From: an uncultured Candidatus Saccharibacteria bacterium
Lineage (GTDB): Bacteria > Patescibacteriota > Minisyncoccia > Phycocordibacterales > UBA2100
Assembly: GCA_964398775.1 (NCBI GenBank)
Contig: CAYNND010000006.1
Location: 3,890 to 67,889 of the forward strand
DNA length: 64,000 nt
Direction: 5' to 3'
Under the pieces are notes generated by a model. The model did no database searches. It saw only the letters and a program-made list of their open reading frames with translations, and was not told the DNA's origin. A program made the position numbers and the translations under genes. Positions 34,777 through 45,335 of the stretch are shown here, piece by piece (the first letter of the stretch is position 1; each line of letters opens with the position of its first letter).

Positions 34777-36441
34777 ATGTCTATCCGTTCTCGCATAGAG
34801 ACTGCACTCAAAGAAAAGGTTGCTGCACTTGGGTTTCTTGATGTGACAATTACACTCACACACCCAGATGTACTCGCATACGGTGATTTTGCTACATCTA
34901 TCGCGCTTGCGCTCAGTAAGCAGGCAGGCAAACCACCGCGTGCTGTTGCAGAAGACATTGTACGCGACCTTACAGTAGATGGTGTTGTGCGTATTGAAAT
35001 TGCAGGCCCTGGGTTTATAAATTTCCACTTGAGTCCTGACTTTTTCGCCGCGTCACTTAATGAGATATCTACTGCGGCTGTGTGGGGGAGTACTCAAGCG
35101 ACTGAGAAAAAAGAGATTGTTGTTGAATACACTGACCCGAATCCATTCAAGGCATTTCATATCGGGCACTTGATGAGTAATGCAATCGGCGAATCAATCG
35201 CACGCCTGTTTGAGAGTCAGGGCGTGACTGTCTATCGAGCAAACTACCAAGGTGATGTCGGTATACACATTGCCTGTGCATTGTGGGGTATCAAACAGCT
35301 CGGTATTGATGCAGGTAACGGCGCTGAGCTCGGGCGCGCGTACAGTCACGGTGCGACAGCATACAAGAATGATCCGGCGGCAAAAGAAGAAATCAATGCA
35401 ATAAACAAAATTGTCTACGATAAGACTGACGAAACACTTAATGAACAATATCGTATCGGAAGACAGGCATCACTCGACCTCTTTGAGAAACTCTACGCGC
35501 TCCTAGGTACAAAATTCAATCGCTATTTCTTTGAGTCAGAGCTTGCAGAACATGGAAAGGAGATAGTACTTGCGCATCCACATGTATTTGAAGATTCAGA
35601 TGGTGCAAAAGTGTACAAGGGTGAAAAAGTCGGGTTACATACGAGAGTGTTTTTAAGCGCAAAAGGTTTGCCAATCTATGAGACCAAAGAGCTTGCGCTT
35701 GCATATGAAAAACAAAAGTATTTTCCAAACGCCGAGACCTTTTATGTCGTAACTGCAAACGAAATCACTGAATACTATAAAGTGGTCATCGCAGCAATGA
35801 AAGAGATAGACCCAGTGATAGCAGCAAAGATGCACCATGTACCGCATGGCATGATGCGACTCCCTGACGGGAAAATGTCCTCACGCACTGGGAACGTCAT
35901 TACTGGTGAGTCATTGCTAGCTGATTTGATAGAGGCGGCAAAGGCGCGTGCGGCGGAGTCGCGCGCGGAAAACCCCCAGCAGCTTGCTGAAGAAATCGCC
36001 GTAGCGGCGATTAAGTTTCAAGTACTCAGACAGGGAACAGGGAAAGATATTATTTTTGAGCAAGAAAAAGCACTTTCTCTTGAAGGTGATTCCGGTCCAT
36101 ATATTCAGTACGCACACGCGCGGTGCACTTCAATCCTCCATAAAGGGAAAGAAGCTGGATTTCTCCCTGCTGCAACAGTACATACTGACTTGAGTGATTT
36201 AGAGCGCACACTCTATCGATTCCCCGATGTAGTAGCGCGAGCAGCAGAGAACCTTGAGCCGCACCATGTTGCTCATTTTCTGACACATGTTGCAGGGCTC
36301 TTCAACAGTTGGTACGCACAAGTGCAAGTGCTCGATGACAGTGATGCGGTCCCACATAAACTTGCGATAGTGAGAGCGGTGCAACAGACACTCGCACAAG
36401 GGCTCCATTTCCTTGGTATAAAAGCACCTGCTCAGATGTAA
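34777..36441 (+). CDS. argS: arginyl-tRNA synthetase
   Basis: Class-I HIGH (FHIGHLMS) and KMSK-like (GKMSSRTGN). DALR anticodon-binding C-terminus ending in Met. About 554 aa from the internal start. Confidence 0.8.
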   Translation: MSIRSRIETALKEKVAALGFLDVTITLTHPDVLAYGDFATSIALALSKQAGKPPRAVAEDIVRDLTVDGVVRIEIAGPGFINFHLSPDFFAASLNEISTAAVWGSTQATEKKEIVVEYTDPNPFKAFHIGHLMSNAIGESIARLFESQGVTVYRANYQGDVGIHIACALWGIKQLGIDAGNGAELGRAYSHGATAYKNDPAAKEEINAINKIVYDKTDETLNEQYRIGRQASLDLFEKLYALLGTKFNRYFFESELAEHGKEIVLAHPHVFEDSDGAKVYKGEKVGLHTRVFLSAKGLPIYETKELALAYEKQKYFPNAETFYVVTANEITEYYKVVIAAMKEIDPVIAAKMHHVPHGMMRLPDGKMSSRTGNVITGESLLADLIEAAKARAAESRAENPQQLAEEIAVAAIKFQVLRQGTGKDIIFEQEKALSLEGDSGPYIQYAHARCTSILHKGKEAGFLPAATVHTDLSDLERTLYRFPDVVARAAENLEPHHVAHFLTHVAGLFNSWYAQVQVLDDSDAVPHKLAIVRAVQQTLAQGLHFLGIKAPAQM

Positions 36442-37404
36442 TTATGCGTACTTCGCTGCCGCGTGTGATGCACAGGCACGTATCATATCTTTAAGGAGTG
36501 GATGGTAAAACATTGGGCATCCAACTCTGAGCTCAAGCGTGTTGTTTTTGCCCACAGCTTTGACAATGTCTAGATGGTTCTGTGTTGCAGTTATCTGTCG
36601 TGTCACAAACAGATGACCTTCTGCATCTGTGCATAGGACAAGTGGGGATGGTTCAGAAATTATCGATTGTGTGGCACTATTGTAGAGCGACTCGACAGCT
36701 TGCGCGTGTGAGGCAAGAGGAAGCAAGTTGTTTAAGAGTGTGTACTCAATGATTTCCTTTTTCCGCGCGAATAGTTCTGGAGTTTCATTTGCAAACTGAA
36801 CAGCGGCTTCGGTAAATGCGTCGACATGGTCAGCAAACGCCGCAAGTGCGCCTTTTGTTGTCATTAACATGGGGAGGCTTGTGAGGGCAGACTCTTTCGC
36901 AGAAAATTGGAGCACTGTTCGCAGGAGTGTCTCAGTGTCATGACTGTTTAAGGCGTTTCCACTTCGCACAGCTTCATTGAAACTGAGCATGCATGCGCGG
37001 ATGCTGCGCTGATATGATTGCGGTAGTTTCTGTAGTGCCGCATCAAACTCAGCAGTGCTCAGACCTTTTCCCGAATAGGGTGCTCCAAAGATGACTGAAA
37101 GCGATGCATCGCCATGAGGGATGCCGTGCTGCTCTATATAGGCAAGCGCTGCCGCAGCGCGCTCTTTATACACAATACTATAAAAGGTGAACATGCATAC
37201 ATATGCACGTTGCTTTGGGTTCAGTGCGTGGAAGTCTTCATTACCAAGGAGCACGACAATGTCTGTATGTGGCTCGGGTGTGTTTTTCAGTGCCTTTGTT
37301 ACTGAGCCGATGAGGGAGAGTGTCCGTGCGTCGATGGTTGCTGCACGTCCAATCTGCTCGAGATGCGTTTTTGGGTCATGAAATGGGCATGCGCGTTCAT
37401 CCAT
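36442..37404 (-). CDS. hypothetical protein
   Basis: 320-aa ORF convergent with argS. No motif recognised. Confidence 0.4.
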   Translation of the reverse strand: MDERACPFHDPKTHLEQIGRAATIDARTLSLIGSVTKALKNTPEPHTDIVVLLGNEDFHALNPKQRAYVCMFTFYSIVYKERAAAALAYIEQHGIPHGDASLSVIFGAPYSGKGLSTAEFDAALQKLPQSYQRSIRACMLSFNEAVRSGNALNSHDTETLLRTVLQFSAKESALTSLPMLMTTKGALAAFADHVDAFTEAAVQFANETPELFARKKEIIEYTLLNNLLPLASHAQAVESLYNSATQSIISEPSPLVLCTDAEGHLFVTRQITATQNHLDIVKAVGKNNTLELRVGCPMFYHPLLKDMIRACASHAAAKYA

Positions 37405-37507
37405 ACACTTAATAGTACCAGAGAAAATAATTGATACAGGTGCATGGCTTCATTGCGGCTGTCCGTGCACGCGCTACACTGTTAGTATTATTGCTAGCAC
37501 GTATATT

Positions 37508-40500
37508 ATGAAAAAAGCGCTCGTATTAGTTATTTCACTGCTCACTATTACCTCATCAGCAGATGCGCTGCGTGTACGCCCGCAGACAGATGATATTCCT
37601 GACACAGGGAATGCATTGTACTGCCCGCAACTCTCTCAAACATTGAAACGAGGAATGCGTGACGCCTCCACCTACCCAGCAGGGCAGGTTTCAGAACTTC
37701 AAAACTTTCTTGCAGACTATTTTGAACTAAACGAGCAAGACGTAATCTCAGGCTTCTTTGGAAGAAACACACAGCGATACGTCATGAATTTTCAGCAAAA
37801 GTACGGACTTCCGGCGTACGGAATCGCTGGAACACTCACGCGGATGAAAATCGCTGAGATATGTACAAGTCAAACAGTACAACCTCCTGTATGCAATAAC
37901 TACCCCAAGCCTACCTGTGGTCCGAATCAAAAATTGCTTGAAGAATGGAATGATTATCGTGGATGTCCAACGGTTGGTCGCTGTGTAGATGTAGTAAATC
38001 TCGGTCAACCAAACGTGAGTATTTCAACACCCCGAACATCGTACATTACTGGCGAACCAGTCCTTGTCACAACAAAAGCGACACGCACTCTCGGGAATGA
38101 TTACGGTGCTGCAACTCCTGCAGAAGGATACAAAGTACTTGTCACTGTAACGTATCCAGAAGGTGCATTCATTACAAACTTCAACCCAACATATAACGCA
38201 AGTACAGGGTACTGGGAAGGCAGTTATGTTCCAAGCTATAACGGTGGTGCACACGTGATTCGAACTGAGTTGTACTGTACAAACAAATCATTACCGTGCG
38301 GTAGCTATATTGGTGTAACGACTGACCAAGTCATTACTTCTGCAAAGACGACAATTTCTGTCACGCAGGCAAGCTCAGTTCCGACATGTACAATAAGTAC
38401 TGATAAATCATCCTACCAGCTCAATGACACAATAACGTTTTCATGGACTTCTACAGGTGCTTCGTACGCGCAATTCCTCTCCGATACTTCTGGGAAAGAT
38501 GCTTTACAAGTACCTGGCGACAAGCTGCCAGCACAAGGTTCACAGCAAATACGCGCAACTGTCTATGGTAATCCATACGTGACATTAAAAGTTGTCGGAC
38601 CAGAAGGTCAGAGTGCGCTTTGCCAAAAAACAGTCTCTGTTACATATACCAACTCTGGACCACTGACAGTACAGGCATCACTTGCAGATCCAAAAGGTCT
38701 TGGACGTGAATCATTTCCATTTGGTGAACAACTTGTTATAAAATGGAATGTATCAGACCCGAGCGATGTTGAGACTGCAGGATGGGGGATATACGGAAAA
38801 TCAGAAACAAGCATTGAGCTTCACCCCGTAGATAATCCAACAGCTGCGAGTACCCGTGTTATACGTGTAGCTGAGACGGGCGTATTCCCACACACATTCA
38901 CCTGGAACGTCACACAAGAAGGACTCTTTGGTGACCGAGTCGCACCGGGGCGCTACTATATTTATGTAAATGTACCTTCAAAGAAACAGAGAGGGTATGT
39001 AGTAGGTGTGGCTGGTCCAATAGGAATAGGAGGTACGACAGCTTCAAATGGTATTACTGTCACCGCACCAAATGGTGGTGAGCAGTGGCAGCTCGGTAGT
39101 ACAAACTCAATCACCTGGTCACCGTATAGTTACAATCCCGACGTCAATCCCTCAAGGGATGTGAAGGCATACTTAGAGCAGAAAGACGCGTACGGTAATT
39201 TTGTCACCGTCGGGCGCATCACAGATTCGGGCAAGGCGTCAATTCATTGGAACGGGTACCTTGAAGATGACGTCGCACAGGGGTATGTAAATCACAGGAT
39301 GGCGAGACCAGGCAGTGGATACTATATCCGCGTTGTAAATAAAGTGACTGGAGCCTCTGACAGAAGTGACAATCCGTTCAGTATCATGCCGCAAGGGAGC
39401 ATAAAAGTGTCTGTAGAGATGCTGAGCTACCCTCCAGGCTCGCGAGTAGTATATGACCCGCAGTTCCATGAAGATGCACGCAATGTTGTAGAAATTACAG
39501 ACCAGAAATTGCTGAACTCATTTGGAAATTACACTGTTTCTTGGAGATCAACTGTAGCGGTGGGTACATGTTCTCTGATTTACCCTGGAAGAACTATGGC
39601 AGCAACTGGAAATACGCTGGATAAAATTGATAATCTTCCAACAAGCGGCACTCAGGCTATCAGTCTCTTTCATGACGGAAGACAGCCATTCTTCAGTGTG
39701 AGTGTTCATTGTGACCATGCGGCAACTGGTTCAGTTCAAGGCTCAAGTATAGGATATGTCTATATTAAGCCAATGTTTACTGCGCTCTCAATCACTGAGC
39801 CAAACGGTGGTGTTGTCAACGCTGACCAAGAGAGTACTATCAAGTGGACTTCTGCGGGGATTGCGCAGAATTCAATCGCGCTCTATAAAAATGATCAATG
39901 GTATAAGTGGATACTGCGAGATTACCCAGGTGGAAACAGTGGTACTTCATGGACCCCAAGAAACTACATTACTGATGCAGACATTGCATCAGGGTCAATC
40001 TGGAAGATATACATCACGGGGCAACGTTCAGATGGCACAGGATACCTTGATGATAAGAGCGATACACCGTTCTCATTTTCAAGTAGCACGATTCCAGATT
40101 CTATATCTCTGACGCAACCTGCTGCCAGCACGTTCTACACGCTCGGTCAGCCGATACCAATCGCGTGGAATATACCGGTCCCAAATGCACGTCAGAAGAC
40201 GCAGGTACTAGTGGAGCTGAAAGGAGTCAATACAACAGGAGGTAATGGTGGTGGTATATGGCAAAGCGCTGAAATACAAACAACCCCTGGTCAAACAAAT
40301 GGCTCATACGCGTGGCAGACTGGTGGTTATGGAGGGCTCAATGCTACAGGAACATACGCAGTAACTGTGTACTGGGTTGACTGTGAACCGCAAGGTTGTA
40401 CGTATAACTATGACCAACAAGGAGGTCTTGGTAGGAGACGTTATGCTCAGTCAAATCCTGTATACATCACTATCAATCCTGCCGTGAGCCAAGGGAATGC

Positions 40501-40591
40501 AGGAAGTAGCGCAGGTGGCGTTTCAGGAAGTACAGTAAATCCGTATGACCTGCTCTGGTCATTTAGTCCGGTGCGCATATTTGGTAATTAA
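37508..40591 (+). CDS. large secreted protein with a putative peptidoglycan-binding (PG_binding_1-like) domain and multiple beta-rich extracellular domains
   Basis: Signal peptide MKKALVLVISLLTITSSADA. GQVSELQNFLADYF...GFFGRNTQRYVMNFQQKYGLPAYGIAGTLT fits the PG-binding 3-helix domain. 1027 aa. Terminator follows. Confidence 0.6.
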   Translation: MKKALVLVISLLTITSSADALRVRPQTDDIPDTGNALYCPQLSQTLKRGMRDASTYPAGQVSELQNFLADYFELNEQDVISGFFGRNTQRYVMNFQQKYGLPAYGIAGTLTRMKIAEICTSQTVQPPVCNNYPKPTCGPNQKLLEEWNDYRGCPTVGRCVDVVNLGQPNVSISTPRTSYITGEPVLVTTKATRTLGNDYGAATPAEGYKVLVTVTYPEGAFITNFNPTYNASTGYWEGSYVPSYNGGAHVIRTELYCTNKSLPCGSYIGVTTDQVITSAKTTISVTQASSVPTCTISTDKSSYQLNDTITFSWTSTGASYAQFLSDTSGKDALQVPGDKLPAQGSQQIRATVYGNPYVTLKVVGPEGQSALCQKTVSVTYTNSGPLTVQASLADPKGLGRESFPFGEQLVIKWNVSDPSDVETAGWGIYGKSETSIELHPVDNPTAASTRVIRVAETGVFPHTFTWNVTQEGLFGDRVAPGRYYIYVNVPSKKQRGYVVGVAGPIGIGGTTASNGITVTAPNGGEQWQLGSTNSITWSPYSYNPDVNPSRDVKAYLEQKDAYGNFVTVGRITDSGKASIHWNGYLEDDVAQGYVNHRMARPGSGYYIRVVNKVTGASDRSDNPFSIMPQGSIKVSVEMLSYPPGSRVVYDPQFHEDARNVVEITDQKLLNSFGNYTVSWRSTVAVGTCSLIYPGRTMAATGNTLDKIDNLPTSGTQAISLFHDGRQPFFSVSVHCDHAATGSVQGSSIGYVYIKPMFTALSITEPNGGVVNADQESTIKWTSAGIAQNSIALYKNDQWYKWILRDYPGGNSGTSWTPRNYITDADIASGSIWKIYITGQRSDGTGYLDDKSDTPFSFSSSTIPDSISLTQPAASTFYTLGQPIPIAWNIPVPNARQKTQVLVELKGVNTTGGNGGGIWQSAEIQTTPGQTNGSYAWQTGGYGGLNATGTYAVTVYWVDCEPQGCTYNYDQQGGLGRRRYAQSNPVYITINPAVSQGNAGSSAGGVSGSTVNPYDLLWSFSPVRIFGN

Positions 40592-40668
40592 GACGACAAC
40601 CCCCGAACGGGGGTTGTTTCGTGATGGGGGTGCACCAATGTCCATTTTTTGCTACTATCCGTAGCATT

Positions 40669-43605
40669 ATGGCAGATACAAAGCCCCAACAAGCGGCAAA
40701 AGATATAGCTCCTGTTAAAAGCGAGACAGCACTTCGAGAAGAAGCACTCGTGCAGTACTGGAAGGAGCACAACATCTTTGAACGTTCTATTGAGAAGAAG
40801 GCACCGAAGGGAGACTTCGTCTTTTATGATGGACCACCGTTTGCAACAGGGCTGCCGCACATGGGGCACTTGCTTGCCTCATCATATAAAGATGCTGTTG
40901 GTCGCTACAAGACGATGCAAGGCTATCGTGTGCCGCGCCGATGGGGGTGGGACTGTCATGGACTTCCAGTTGAATCACTTGTTGAGAAAAAACTTGGACT
41001 GAAAACAAAAAAAGATATTGAGGTGCTTGGTGTTGAGAAGTTCAACGCAGAAGCGCGTGCATCCGTGACGCAGTTCGTCTCTGACTGGGAATGGTATGTA
41101 GACCGTATCGGCCGCTGGGTAGATTTCAAAAATTCATACAAAACAATGGACAACTCCTATATGGAGTCTGTCTGGTGGGCACTCAAGCGCTTGCATGAGA
41201 AGAAGCTGTTATATGAAGGTAACCGCGTCTTGATGTACTGTACGCATTGTGAGACGCCGCTCGCGAAGGCTGAGATTCAGATGGATAACACATATAAAGA
41301 TGTCATCGATGAAGCGGTAACTGTGAAGTTCAAGGTAAAAGAGCCGACAAAACATGGGCTTCCGGAAAACACATACATCCTCGCATGGACGACGACGCCG
41401 TGGACTTTGCCAGGGAACGTGGGATTGGCAGTCGGGGCTGAGATTGAATATGTTGTCGTGAAACAAGGTGCAGAACAATTTGTACTTGCAAAAGAGCTTC
41501 TAGAAAAGGTGCTTGGTAGTGATACTGCAATTACCGCTACCATAAAAGGTTCTGACCTTGTCGGCATCAAATACGAACCACTCTACACAGTCGCGGCAGT
41601 TGAGGCGCACACAGGAAAGAAGCATGAAGTACTCGCAGCTGATTTCGTCACGACAACTGATGGTACAGGAGTCGTGCACACTGCTGTTATGTACGGTGAA
41701 GACGACTACAATCTCGGAAAAAAGGAAGGACTACCAATGGTACAGCTCCTCACACAAAACGGTCACTACAACGAGAAAGCACCTGAGCTTGTGCGTGACA
41801 TGTTTTACAAAAAAGGAGGACGATACGTGCTTGAAGATTTGGAGAAGCGAGCGCTCGTGTTTAAAAAAGAAAACTATAACCACAGCTACCCACACTGCTA
41901 TCGCTGCGGCACGGCACTCATCTATAACGCTGTCTCTTCATGGTTCTTGGGCATCAATTCAATCCCTGAAGGTGGTACAAAGACCGTGAAAGAGCGCATG
42001 CTTGAAGAGAACAAGGAGATTGGATGGGTACCTGGACACCTCCGCGATGGGCGCTTCAATAACATCCTCGAAGGTGCGCCTGATTGGACGATTTCTCGAA
42101 ATCGTTTTTGGGCAACACCGCTTCCAATATGGCGCTGTACTGGATGTTCTGATATTGCTGTCATCGGATCAGTTGAGGAGCTCAGAACGCGGGCACAACA
42201 ACCAGTTCCAGAAGGGCAGGATTTGCACCGACCATACGTTGACGCATTCACGCTGACCTGCGAAGGGTGTCATGCAGAAATGAAGCGAACCCCTGAAGTG
42301 GTGGACTGTTGGGTAGAGTCAGGGTCAATGCCATTTGCAGAACTTTCATATCCACGCGAAAACAAAGACTTGTTCGAGAAACGTTTTCCTGGAGATTTCA
42401 TCACCGAGTACATCGCACAGACGCGCACATGGTTCTACTACACACATGCAATGGGCGTGATGGTCTTCGATACAAAAGCGTTTAAGAATGTGACTTCGAC
42501 AGGAACAATCCTTGCGGCAGATGGAGAGAAGATGAGTAAGAGTAAGGGTAACTATACAGACCCGAAAATAAATCTCGACCTATATGGAGCAGATGCATTG
42601 CGCTTCTACCTCATGGGTTCACCGGTGATGCAGGCCGAGGACACCAACTTCCGTGACGACGATTTGAAGGAGACACACAGTCGTATCATCAACATGCTCT
42701 GGAATTCGTACACCTTTTATTCGATGTATGCGAAAGATGTTCCTCAGGGAATTGATGTCACAAAATCACCAAATGTCCTTGATAGATGGATTCTCTCTCG
42801 ACTTTCTCAGGTGATTACTGAAGTAACGGTGTCACTTGATGGCTATGAGACGACCCCAGCATGCCGCTCTATCCGCAGTTTCGTAGAAGACTATTCAACG
42901 TGGTATTTGCGCCGCTCACGTGAACGCATCAAGGAAGAAGGGGATGATAAAGCATATGCACTTGCAACGATGCGTACGACACTCCTCACGCTTTCAAAAG
43001 TGATTGCTCCTGTCATGCCGTTTATTGCTGAGAGTATGTACCAAGGACTGAAAGGAAATGAAGAGAGTGTGCATCTTGATGTGTGGCCGCAACCACTCAT
43101 GACCGTGAGTACAACTCTGCATGATGATATGCAGGCAGCGCGAGTTGTAACTTCAGCAGCGCTCGAGGCACGCTCAGCAGCGAAGATAAAGGTACGACAA
43201 CCACTTTCTCGCCTTGTTGTCTCAAGTGAGCATTCACTTGCAAAAAGTTTTGACAAGGAGTCGCTCCTTGAAATCATCGCATCAGAAGTAAACGTGAAAG
43301 AGGTAACAATGGGGGACACAGGCACTGACATGGTTATGCTTGATGTTGTGGTGACAGCTGAACTCCAGGCAGAAGGATTTCTTCGTGATCTCATCCGCGC
43401 CGTGCAAGATTTCCGTAAACAAAAAGGCCTCAACCCAAGTGACCTTCCAACCCTCGCGCTCATGGTGACGGGTGACTCAAGGGTATTTGTAGAAACGTAC
43501 CGAGATGAGCTCATTAAGGCAACACACTTGAAGGACATTACATTTGTAGAGACAGCAGAAACGACAGTCACTGCCGGTACTTTGTCATTTGGTCTTTCCC
43601 TCTAG
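40669..43605 (+). CDS. ileS: isoleucyl-tRNA synthetase
   Basis: HMGH and KMSKSKGN class-I motifs. WTISRNRFWATPLPIW editing/CP1 motif. About 978 aa. Start set to the Met after the upstream terminator. Confidence 0.8.
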   Translation: MADTKPQQAAKDIAPVKSETALREEALVQYWKEHNIFERSIEKKAPKGDFVFYDGPPFATGLPHMGHLLASSYKDAVGRYKTMQGYRVPRRWGWDCHGLPVESLVEKKLGLKTKKDIEVLGVEKFNAEARASVTQFVSDWEWYVDRIGRWVDFKNSYKTMDNSYMESVWWALKRLHEKKLLYEGNRVLMYCTHCETPLAKAEIQMDNTYKDVIDEAVTVKFKVKEPTKHGLPENTYILAWTTTPWTLPGNVGLAVGAEIEYVVVKQGAEQFVLAKELLEKVLGSDTAITATIKGSDLVGIKYEPLYTVAAVEAHTGKKHEVLAADFVTTTDGTGVVHTAVMYGEDDYNLGKKEGLPMVQLLTQNGHYNEKAPELVRDMFYKKGGRYVLEDLEKRALVFKKENYNHSYPHCYRCGTALIYNAVSSWFLGINSIPEGGTKTVKERMLEENKEIGWVPGHLRDGRFNNILEGAPDWTISRNRFWATPLPIWRCTGCSDIAVIGSVEELRTRAQQPVPEGQDLHRPYVDAFTLTCEGCHAEMKRTPEVVDCWVESGSMPFAELSYPRENKDLFEKRFPGDFITEYIAQTRTWFYYTHAMGVMVFDTKAFKNVTSTGTILAADGEKMSKSKGNYTDPKINLDLYGADALRFYLMGSPVMQAEDTNFRDDDLKETHSRIINMLWNSYTFYSMYAKDVPQGIDVTKSPNVLDRWILSRLSQVITEVTVSLDGYETTPACRSIRSFVEDYSTWYLRRSRERIKEEGDDKAYALATMRTTLLTLSKVIAPVMPFIAESMYQGLKGNEESVHLDVWPQPLMTVSTTLHDDMQAARVVTSAALEARSAAKIKVRQPLSRLVVSSEHSLAKSFDKESLLEIIASEVNVKEVTMGDTGTDMVMLDVVVTAELQAEGFLRDLIRAVQDFRKQKGLNPSDLPTLALMVTGDSRVFVETYRDELIKATHLKDITFVETAETTVTAGTLSFGLSL

Positions 43606-44089
43606 TATGCATATAGCAACTGAATGGTTCTATAAGCCAGGAGAGAAAGCACCTGCAGTACTGAAACTGTTTCAGCGTGGGGAGGTGATTCCTGATGTGC
43701 GCCGCGCACGTGTTGTATGTTTTTGTAAAGGTAAGCTCGTTCTTGTATATGAATCAAGTAGTGCGGAGTGGAGCTTTCCTGGTGGAAAAGTGGAAGTGGG
43801 TGAAACAGCAGAGCAGGGAGCGACACGTGAAGTCTTTGAAGAGTCAGGGCGTAGTGTGAAGAGTATTACTCCACTTGGAGTACTTCAGTGCCTCCCGCCG
43901 CATGAGGACGTGCAGCGTCTTTGGTTTGCCGCTGAAGTAACAGAAGGTCCACTTGGTGCAATAGACGACCCTGCAGGAGAAGTTGCAGCTGTCATGGAGT
44001 GTGAACCACACGAGGTAAGAAAATACATTCCGTGGCTGCACAGTGTAGAGGACATAGTTTCTGCAGCGGAGCAACTCACGCGGCAGTAA
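43589..44089 (+). CDS. Nudix hydrolase
   Basis: Nudix box GGKVEVGETAEQGATREVFEESG. 166 aa. Overlaps the ileS end by 17 nt. Confidence 0.85.
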   Translation: MVFPSSMHIATEWFYKPGEKAPAVLKLFQRGEVIPDVRRARVVCFCKGKLVLVYESSSAEWSFPGGKVEVGETAEQGATREVFEESGRSVKSITPLGVLQCLPPHEDVQRLWFAAEVTEGPLGAIDDPAGEVAAVMECEPHEVRKYIPWLHSVEDIVSAAEQLTRQ

Positions 44090-44092
44090 GTA

Positions 44093-45247
44093 TTATTGTT
44101 CATCCTCTGTTGGAGCTTGTTTTTTTGTTGGGGTGATTGTGCAATTTGCTTTTGCGATAACGACTCTGTTGCGGCTACATCTGAGCTCGTATGTGGTTTT
44201 GCGAGTGGGGTGGATACTTACTGCACCGCGGAGTGCGCCTTTCGTTCTCCAGCGAGCATCAGCAGGTTTTGAGACTGCTCCTGATTTGGTAGAGCGACCT
44301 CCACATGAGAAGTGAATGCGGGTCTGTGAGCAATTCATTTTTGCGATAGTTTCGTCAGTACTCTCACTCCCTGCATTTGTGCTGCTTTTTGTGTCAGTTA
44401 CGTCAAATATGTTCTTTTGTTTGGGTTGGTTTCCAGAAGATACGCCAACACCTTTTGTTGTCGGATTTCCACTTTGTTCTGAAGGTTGTGTTCCTGTCTG
44501 TGCTGTGGCCGGTGCTGTTTGAGGGGTATTCGTATTTCCGAATGAACTAGGTTGTTGCTGTGTTGCAAGTGGTGCAGGTGCTACGCCTGGCGTGCAGTTA
44601 TATTTTCCGGAGGATGGATCGTACGAGCACTGCGCGCTGCCACTGTACGTGCACTGTGGGGCACAGCCGACGAATGGCATGTGCTGCTCAATTTTATTAT
44701 CGATGCCGAAATGATCTAAGTTCGGGTAGCGAACATTCGTAATCGGTGATGAGCCGCGAAGGTTTACTCCGGCATAACTTCCTGAGTTAGAAAAGAGTCC
44801 GACAGCTTGCACGACGTTACCAGGTACGGTCCCGGCAGAGCCAGCACTCGGGTCAGCGACAACAAGTGCGCTCACGCGGACATTTTGACCTGCAAGTTGG
44901 CGTGTCAGCTGTATGGCGCGGTTTGCTCCTGCAGAGTGTCCGACGATAGCTATCGTTGCGTTCGGATTTTGTGCACGACGCTGCATGATGTATTGGTATG
45001 CTTCACTGACTTGTGTGTGTTCATATACTGCGCCTCCGAATTTCTGTATAGCGCTATCGACACCATCAGATGGATTTCTACCGCCAGTGACTGAACGAAG
45101 CCCACGAAAGCCAACCATAATGTCCACTTTTTGCTGTCCCTGCGCATCGTTCGCACTTTCTGTTGCGTACGGGTATGTAGAAAATGCGATGCCGCACAGA
45201 GCGAGTACGCCCAGAAATACGCATGCCCGCACTCTCCTAGAAGTCAT
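44093..45247 (-). CDS. secreted alpha/beta-hydrolase (lipase/esterase-like) with a low-complexity linker and a C-terminal Ig-like domain
   Basis: Signal peptide, then GHSAG nucleophile elbow (ATIAIVGHSAGANRAI). S/T/Q/P-rich linker. C-terminus ...HFSCGG...TTYELRCS...ANCTI resembles the Ig-like tail of the 20475 gene. Confidence 0.5.
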   Translation of the reverse strand: MTSRRVRACVFLGVLALCGIAFSTYPYATESANDAQGQQKVDIMVGFRGLRSVTGGRNPSDGVDSAIQKFGGAVYEHTQVSEAYQYIMQRRAQNPNATIAIVGHSAGANRAIQLTRQLAGQNVRVSALVVADPSAGSAGTVPGNVVQAVGLFSNSGSYAGVNLRGSSPITNVRYPNLDHFGIDNKIEQHMPFVGCAPQCTYSGSAQCSYDPSSGKYNCTPGVAPAPLATQQQPSSFGNTNTPQTAPATAQTGTQPSEQSGNPTTKGVGVSSGNQPKQKNIFDVTDTKSSTNAGSESTDETIAKMNCSQTRIHFSCGGRSTKSGAVSKPADARWRTKGALRGAVSIHPTRKTTYELRCSRNRVVIAKANCTITPTKKQAPTEDEQ

Positions 45248-45335
45248 ATCTATAAGACTATCGTGGTCTGCGCATATTGATAGTATGTTATGCACAAAAA
45301 GTCTTACTCAGTTTCAGCGCTGTTTTTGGTATACT

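Noticed and set aside
44913-45335. 5' 140 codons of the long + ORF 44913-45884
   Set aside because: Antisense to the well-supported alpha/beta-hydrolase CDS. Cys-rich junk translation. Only the distal RecO-like part is kept.
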